Shown here in pieces: positions 6,728-12,458 of a stretch of 12,458 nucleotides of DNA (the stretch's first letter is position 1; the number at the start of each line of letters is the position of its first letter). The notes beneath the pieces are model-generated. The model was not told where the DNA came from, did no database searches, and saw only the letters and a list, made by a program, of their open reading frames with translations. The DNA comes from Oligoflexia bacterium (lineage in GTDB: Bacteria > Bdellovibrionota > Bdellovibrionia > JABDDW01): assembly GCA_043732305.1 (NCBI GenBank), contig JAYTHU010000124.1, positions 1-12,458 on the forward strand, given 5' to 3'. Made by a program: the position numbers and the translations under genes.

Positions 6728-6974
6728 CCTTGCTCCCCCTTCTTTAGCGAGACGTTTAACATTTTCCGAGCCACGAACAGTGCGCCTAATGGCGAGCTAT
6801 CCATAGCCCAACCCTTACTCATAAAGAGTAGCAGACGAGACCATCATCACAAACACTTTTGTCGTGGTTATTAAAAATAAAAAAAGGTTAGTCAAATCCG
6901 GTAACGAAACGTTTTTGAATATTCGTGAACGTTTATCCAGACTTCGGTGAATTTGCAACGTCCTGGACTACAGT

Positions 6975-8279
6975 CTATTTGTTAACGACTTTCAGTCCCA
7001 AGCATTTTAAATACCGACTTTCGGGCCGGTTGAGAATCCACGGATGATCAGAACTTTGAGACCCACGGAAAACAACTTGAGCTTCCGTCCCACGATTTTG
7101 AAAAGCTTCGCTGACAATTTCAGTAAACGTCGAGTCAGAAATATGAAAGCTGCAACTGCAGGTAAAAAGATACTGCTTTGTGACTTTGATCGCAGCGACG
7201 TTCATCTTGAAATAGGCTTGCTCCGCTTGCGTGAGATTCTTTTTTGATTTCACAAAAGCAGGAGGATCACAAACAACAAAATCAAATTGTGGACTGGCCT
7301 GAGTGGCGAGAAATTCGAAGACATCTTTCTTAGCAAAAGTAGCTTTGGTGAGAGAGAAGTTATTTAATTCCATACCTTTTTTGCAAAGTTCGATCGCATC
7401 GGCACTTTGATCAACGAACGTCACGTGATCCGCACCAGCAGCTAAAGCCGAGAGTCCCCACCCACCAGAGTAACTGCAAAGATCCAGAACTTTGATTTGT
7501 TGCTCTGGATGTCTGGATTTCATTTCCTTAATTAGCTTTTTAAATTCTTGGCGATTTTCTCTCTGATCGATAAAAAAGCCCGTCTTCTGCCCGTCAATAA
7601 AATCTGCAGAGAAGAAGACTCCGTCTTCTTCGACAATTCCATCCTTGATAGGTCCAACTTCCCCTTTGACTGGTGTCTTGAAATTTTCTACACCTTCTAG
7701 TCCACGGATGGCACTGTCGCCACGAAATATAAATTCATCCGGATTAAATATTTCCATGATCGCACTCTGAATATCTTGCTTAGCATCATCCATTCCCGCA
7801 GTGCTGCTTAAGGCTACAACCGTGGTTTTTCTATTCCGGGAATTCTTGTACACATCCACAATCAATCCCGGAAGCATGTCACTCTCGGCATAAACCGCTC
7901 TAAAACTCCCAATAGGTATCAGACTGGCCGTCCGCGCGTTTTTTTCTGTCCAGACTTGCGTCATTTTGCGGCGTTCGAGTGATTTATCTATAAGTTCGAA
8001 GATCAATTTCGCGCGATCGCGGGATACAAATTTAAATTCAGGTGGGGCACCCTTGGGAGCAACGGTTTCTAAATGCTCGCGAGAACAAACCCTGCCCGCA
8101 ATAAGAGAGTTGGCATTCACATAGCCGTAACCTATGAACTCGCCACGGCATTCAAAATTTACCCACGACCCTTTCACAAGCTCACGCATTTTTGTGACGA
8201 ACTCGTTGGCAAAAATCCAAACGTGTCCTTTTTTTATAAAGTCTCGGCCCTTGGGAGTGATTTCAACTGTGCTCGGCAT
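6975..8279 (-). CDS. rlmI: RlmI-like SAM-dependent 23S rRNA m5C methyltransferase (PUA + class I MTase)
   Basis: N-terminal 'GHVWIFANE' PUA region, 'AESDMLPGLIVDVY', 'GQKTGFFIDQRENR', 'VLDLCSYSGGW', 'FDFVVCDPPAFVK', 'TCSCS', 'DHP...PESRYLK'. Overlaps the mutS end by 17 nt. Confidence 0.85.
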   Translation of the reverse strand: MPSTVEITPKGRDFIKKGHVWIFANEFVTKMRELVKGSWVNFECRGEFIGYGYVNANSLIAGRVCSREHLETVAPKGAPPEFKFVSRDRAKLIFELIDKSLERRKMTQVWTEKNARTASLIPIGSFRAVYAESDMLPGLIVDVYKNSRNRKTTVVALSSTAGMDDAKQDIQSAIMEIFNPDEFIFRGDSAIRGLEGVENFKTPVKGEVGPIKDGIVEEDGVFFSADFIDGQKTGFFIDQRENRQEFKKLIKEMKSRHPEQQIKVLDLCSYSGGWGLSALAAGADHVTFVDQSADAIELCKKGMELNNFSLTKATFAKKDVFEFLATQASPQFDFVVCDPPAFVKSKKNLTQAEQAYFKMNVAAIKVTKQYLFTCSCSFHISDSTFTEIVSEAFQNRGTEAQVVFRGSQSSDHPWILNRPESRYLKCLGLKVVNK

Positions 8280-10815
8280 CGGTTTGCAATTCTGCTAATA
8301 TTTGTAGCGCGTTTAAAGGTGTAATTTGGTTCACGTCAATTTGTCTGATCTTAGATTTCATTCTGGCTAATCTGGCAATGGCTTCCGTTTCAGCTTTAAT
8401 ATCAGGAGCAGCAAGACCCTCAAGCGAAGGAATCAAAAACTGATCAATGAGATCCAGCTGATGGCGATTCTCTCCTGATGCCGAGCCGTTTCTTTGGTGT
8501 ATTTTATCTGCTCGAAGCGTGAGCTGGCGCAAAATTTTTGCAGCCTTTGCTACTACCGCCGGCGGAAGTCCAGCAAGTTTTGCCACTTCAATTCCATAAC
8601 TTCGATTAGCAGGGCCCTTTGTGAGCTTTCTTAAAAATACTAAGCCTTCTTTGTGCTCTTCGATGCTCATGTGAGCATTCACAATATTTGTGTAATCCAG
8701 TGCCAGATCCGTTAGCTCATGGTAATGCGTGGCAAAGAACACGTAACCCTTAATGGCAGTCACAAAATGTTCGAGCACTGCTTGCGCTAAACTCAGACCA
8801 TCGTAAGTGCTGGTCCCTCGACCGATCTCGTCTAATATAATGAGAGAATTTGACGTGGCTTCGCGAATGATTTGTGCTGTCTCCGTCATTTCGACCATGA
8901 AGGTTGAAAGTCCACGAGACAAATTATCACTGGCACCAATCCGAGTAAAAATCTGGTCTATCAATGGCAGTTCCGCTGAAGTCGCCGGCACAAAGCATCC
9001 AATTTGTGCGAGCAAAACAGTAAGCGCGACTTGCCTCATCAAGGTGCTTTTTCCAGCCATGTTTGGTCCCGTGAGCAGCAGACAATTTTCTTTAGGCAGC
9101 TCAATGTCGTTGGGAATAAAAGGCTCGAGACTTCGCAATTCCAAAACAGGATGACGAGAATTTTTAATTTTTATTCCGCCGACACCAGACGTCACAAAAC
9201 GTGGTCTGACATAATCCCGCTCGTAAGAAAGTCTGGCGAAAGCCAAAGCTAGATCTAAATGTGCAAGAGTGCGCGAGATACTTAAAAGATCCAGGGCCTT
9301 TTCCAAAGTCTTTTTTCTAAGATCATTGTAAATGGAGAATTCGAGCTCGCAGCGTTTTTTCTGAGCAGACAGAATTTTTTGCTCAAGTTCGCTGAGTTCA
9401 CCAGTCACAAAACGTTCAGCTCCGGCCAAGGTCTGCCTACGCACAAAGTGCGCAGGAGTTTTATCTAAATTGCTGTTAGTGATTTCAAATGAATAACCAA
9501 AAACATTATTGTATTTTATTTTTAGATTGTTAATCCCACTGTTTTTTCTCTCTTTATTTTCTAGCTCAGAAAGCTTGGCCTGAGCATGAGTAGAAAGGTC
9601 CACAAACTCATCGAGTGTTGGGTTATATCCCGCACGAATAATTCCACCATCACGCGTTGTGGGGGGAAGCTCATCTTGAAGGGTGGTGAGAATTTTCCGG
9701 CAAAGGTCGCCAGCAGTTATAAAAAGCAGAGATTTATTTTCAAAAAAATCGGGAACCTGCTCTTTGAACTCCTGATAAATTTCCAGACTCAAAACGAGAG
9801 ATTTTGCCAAGGCAAAAAGATCCCGAGAATTGCATAAGGAATTACTGAGCTTTACTATTTTACGATCAAGATCTCCAACTTGGGCAAGTCTGGATTTAAT
9901 TTCATCTCGCCTCTCAACTTTGAAAAGCTTCTCAACCAAATCTTGTTCACGGGTGATTACTTCCAGATCAGAAAATGGCGCCGTCAATCTTGATTTCAAA
10001 AGCCTGGCACCCATAGGAGTTCCGGTGAGATCGATCGCTTCAAAAAGTGATCCGGACTCCTGATTTTCGTAGGTTTTAAAAACCTCAAGATGCTTTAAAC
10101 ATGTTTCAGAAACTTTCAATCCTGAGTTCTCAAGCAAACTCGAAACGCCGAGTGTCTGTAGAATCTCCGATCCTTGAGTCTCCTGAACATACGATGTCAA
10201 AAACTCTTCCGCACTTTGTCCAGGACTCCATGTACGGCTTGTCACTAAAGTTTGCGGATCGAAAAACAGAAAGAAGTTTTCTGGTAATAAAAATTCGCGA
10301 GGCTTCAATTTTTGAGTCCACAATATCACTTGGCTTGCGGAAATATTTCTGGCGGCCTTCATTTCACCGGAAGAGGCGTCTACTGCGGCTAAATCGTAGA
10401 GCCCTTTTTTTTTACTCAAAAGGCTCATCACATAATGAGATGTTTTTGCATCCAACTGATCAGGATCATATACCAAACCCGGCGTGACCACACGAGTGAC
10501 GGCGCGCTTGACAATCTTACCTTCCATTGTGGCGGGATTTTCAATTTGATCACAAATTGCTACTTTCAAACCACGCGCGAGCAATTTATTGATGTGCGGG
10601 CCGATAGAATGGTGGGGAACACCGCACATAGGAATATCCACACCCTGAGCTTTGCTGCGCGACGTGAGGGATATATTTAAAATGGGCGCCGCTTTGACAG
10701 CATCGTCATGAAAAAGTTCATAGAAATCGCCCATGCGAAAAAGCAAAATCTTATCTAAATGCTGGTTCTTGATATCCCAGTATTGCTGCATGAGGGGGCT
10801 GTGCTTGACTTCCAT
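8263..10815 (-). CDS. mutS: DNA mismatch repair protein MutS (MutS1)
   Basis: 'SPLMQQY', mismatch-binding 'FRMGDFYELF', Walker A 'GPNMAGKST', 'STFMVEM', Walker B 'DEIGRGTST', 'FATHYHEL', 'SYGIEVAKLAGLP', clamp-binding-like 'QLDLI' and C-terminal 'TPLNAL'. Confidence 0.98.
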   Translation of the reverse strand: MEVKHSPLMQQYWDIKNQHLDKILLFRMGDFYELFHDDAVKAAPILNISLTSRSKAQGVDIPMCGVPHHSIGPHINKLLARGLKVAICDQIENPATMEGKIVKRAVTRVVTPGLVYDPDQLDAKTSHYVMSLLSKKKGLYDLAAVDASSGEMKAARNISASQVILWTQKLKPREFLLPENFFLFFDPQTLVTSRTWSPGQSAEEFLTSYVQETQGSEILQTLGVSSLLENSGLKVSETCLKHLEVFKTYENQESGSLFEAIDLTGTPMGARLLKSRLTAPFSDLEVITREQDLVEKLFKVERRDEIKSRLAQVGDLDRKIVKLSNSLCNSRDLFALAKSLVLSLEIYQEFKEQVPDFFENKSLLFITAGDLCRKILTTLQDELPPTTRDGGIIRAGYNPTLDEFVDLSTHAQAKLSELENKERKNSGINNLKIKYNNVFGYSFEITNSNLDKTPAHFVRRQTLAGAERFVTGELSELEQKILSAQKKRCELEFSIYNDLRKKTLEKALDLLSISRTLAHLDLALAFARLSYERDYVRPRFVTSGVGGIKIKNSRHPVLELRSLEPFIPNDIELPKENCLLLTGPNMAGKSTLMRQVALTVLLAQIGCFVPATSAELPLIDQIFTRIGASDNLSRGLSTFMVEMTETAQIIREATSNSLIILDEIGRGTSTYDGLSLAQAVLEHFVTAIKGYVFFATHYHELTDLALDYTNIVNAHMSIEEHKEGLVFLRKLTKGPANRSYGIEVAKLAGLPPAVVAKAAKILRQLTLRADKIHQRNGSASGENRHQLDLIDQFLIPSLEGLAAPDIKAETEAIARLARMKSKIRQIDVNQITPLNALQILAELQTDAEHS

Positions 10816-10822
10816 TTGGCGA

Positions 10823-10852
10823 ACAATAATTGAAGGGGTCGCGCGGTGTCAA
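10823..10852 (-). promoter_or_regulatory. Putative sigma70 promoter of mutS
   Basis: Minus strand TTGACA (10852-10847)-N18-TATTGT (10828-10823), 7 nt before the mutS ATG. No SD sequence present. Confidence 0.55.
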
Positions 10853-10895
10853 CTAGTCTGGCCACAAAGCGCTCAGGGCGCCACCGCGATACTTT

Positions 10896-12188
10896 TCAGG
10901 GGGGAGCTACTGATATTGAATAAATACGGACCGTCCACCCAACAGAATCGACGAGAGTTATATCCACAACGTTCGAAGTACCTGCGTTAAAATCATATTT
11001 GAAAGAATAGAGATAACCGGGATTGTTATAATTTGGACAATATAGCGCACTAGTGTAGCGAGAAAAAACGCAGTCAAGAGCTACAAAACCCGCAAGGTTG
11101 ATTGTAGACGCAATGTTAAAGTCATGAGTGCTGTAGTTGATACGCGTCAGTTGAAAAAGACCGTTATCAGAGATCACGGAATATGTGGAGGTGGGATCAG
11201 TCGCGTAATTTGCAGGAACTCCCACGGGAGTGATGTCACCAAGTGATGCGACATTTCCTGTCGTGGGATCAAGAGATATTGTTCGAGCAGCGTGATTTTC
11301 ATTAACATAAAATGTTTTGCCAGTAGCATCGAAATAGGGTGCATTGAATCCGCTGAAATTAAAAGGAGCACTATTATTATTTGTTAAATTTCCGTTAGCG
11401 GGATTGATCAGCCAAGCTCGAACAACATGATTAGTCTGATTCTCCTGTTCTAGAAGAATCTGTCCGGAAGGATCTGTGTAAATTTGCGAAGGAATATCCG
11501 TTAGTGCATAAGACGCAGTCGCGGCAGGAGTGAGATGTCCATCAACCTGATCAATATTGTAGGCGTCTATTCGATTTGCCGGGGTATCTATAGCAACATA
11601 CATGTATTTTCCTGCGGCATCGAAAGCGATCTGATTTGCAATGTCACCATTAGAAACACATTTGTCGGTTGCATGAGTATGAACAACCCACGGGGCTGCG
11701 GTGAGAACGCCGGTAGGACTCACATTATAACCAAAAATATCTCTCTGACCTTGAACTGCCATATAAACAAAACGAGCAGTAGGATCCATAATGGGAGCTG
11801 CATTATCAAAGTCGGCAACGCCTACCTTACCACCGGAACTCAACGTGCCATCATAAGCCACTTTGACTGAACTGACACTGCCCGACGTCCAGTCTCCATA
11901 GAGAACAAAACTGGATGTTTTGGCGTTCATCGCAAACATCGGAGCACTTTTATCCATGATCGGAGCCCCGGCAAGCAGGGGACTGGTGGTATTCATCTCA
12001 AGCAAACTTCCATCTATCTGAACCTTGTACATATGGGTGCGATTTGAGGCGGGAACGAACAAAAACTCACTATAGACGATTCCCGAACTGCCTTTCGAAG
12101 CCCATAAAAGGCCTCCCCAAAGCTTTCCGCATGCGGCGCAGCCAAGAGTAATCCCAACCAGAATTAATACTTTGATATGGCTCCCCAT
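10896..12188 (-). CDS. Beta-propeller lipoprotein, lactonase (6-phosphogluconolactonase-like) family fold
   Basis: Signal peptide with candidate lipobox Cys17/Cys20. Repeated blade motifs (DPTARFVY, FDAAGKYMYVA, DPSGQIL, FDATGKTFYV, YNIDQVDGHLT, INPANGNLT). Confidence 0.72.
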   Translation of the reverse strand: MGSHIKVLILVGITLGCAACGKLWGGLLWASKGSSGIVYSEFLFVPASNRTHMYKVQIDGSLLEMNTTSPLLAGAPIMDKSAPMFAMNAKTSSFVLYGDWTSGSVSSVKVAYDGTLSSGGKVGVADFDNAAPIMDPTARFVYMAVQGQRDIFGYNVSPTGVLTAAPWVVHTHATDKCVSNGDIANQIAFDAAGKYMYVAIDTPANRIDAYNIDQVDGHLTPAATASYALTDIPSQIYTDPSGQILLEQENQTNHVVRAWLINPANGNLTNNNSAPFNFSGFNAPYFDATGKTFYVNENHAARTISLDPTTGNVASLGDITPVGVPANYATDPTSTYSVISDNGLFQLTRINYSTHDFNIASTINLAGFVALDCVFSRYTSALYCPNYNNPGYLYSFKYDFNAGTSNVVDITLVDSVGWTVRIYSISVAPP

Positions 12189-12194
12189 TGCAAT

Positions 12195-12223
12195 ATTTTA
12201 TCGGAATACCTCCTATTTGTCAA
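12195..12223 (-). promoter_or_regulatory. Near-consensus sigma70 promoter of the beta-propeller gene
   Basis: Minus strand TTGACA (12223-12218)-N17-TAAAAT (12200-12195), 6 nt before the ATG at 12188. Confidence 0.7.
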
Positions 12224-12458
12224 GAGACCCCACATCCGGTCAGGCAATCACTCAAACTCAATTTCAAATTTACATAGATGCTTCAGTTCAAGCGACAACC
12301 AATCTCAGTGTTGATGCTGGAGTTTCTCCTCTTACTGGCTTAGAAATAGCGTTATTGGCGCAGCTCTCCGTTAAAAAGCTTGGTGCGGCAGTTTGTAGAA
12401 TAAATCATCGGTATTTATATGTAGATGGTTGAGGTAGCCACAACGTTGGAGGATCTTT

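Noticed and set aside
6728..6974. c-di-GMP or other known riboswitch upstream of luxR
   Set aside because: I could not find the conserved motifs of any riboswitch class I know. Kept only as an unassigned structured region.
4419..8324. Short overlapping ORFs 4419, 5094, 5923, 6384, 7044 and 8073
   Set aside because: Nested in or antisense to better-supported genes, with no independent evidence.
8807..10990. Several short ORFs overlapping mutS (8807, 9004, 9586, 9830, 10101, 10130, 10435, 10733)
   Set aside because: Antisense or out-of-frame shadows of a highly conserved gene, with no recognisable domains.
1..12458. CRISPR array, IS element, integrase or prophage
   Set aside because: No regularly spaced DNA repeats, terminal inverted repeats or recombinase/phage-like ORFs were seen.

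Overview
Gene-dense bacterial chromosomal window, most likely from a Bdellovibrionota-type (predatory, deltaproteobacteria-like) genome. That assignment is inferred from a YQNC-type lipoprotein signal, a short solo LuxR protein and the yfgM style, not from a database search. Left end: tRNA-Leu(UAA) on the minus strand with a downstream terminator, divergent from a + strand yfgM-like / bamB-like / small lipoprotein operon. The rest is a minus-strand run: beta-propeller (lactonase-like) lipoprotein, mutS, rlmI-like methyltransferase, solo LuxR HTH regulator, acyl-CoA thioesterase, PilW-like and PilX-like type IV minor pilins, and a secreted lipoprotein with two Ig/PKD-like domains plus three tandem six-cysteine repeats. 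The most notable features are (i) an orphan minor-pilin pair with a Cys-repeat adhesin candidate, coupled to a thioesterase behind a sigma28-like promoter, (ii) the strictly spaced six-Cys repeat, and (iii) three promoters positioned to give leaderless mRNAs. No mobile element, CRISPR array or rRNA is visible.
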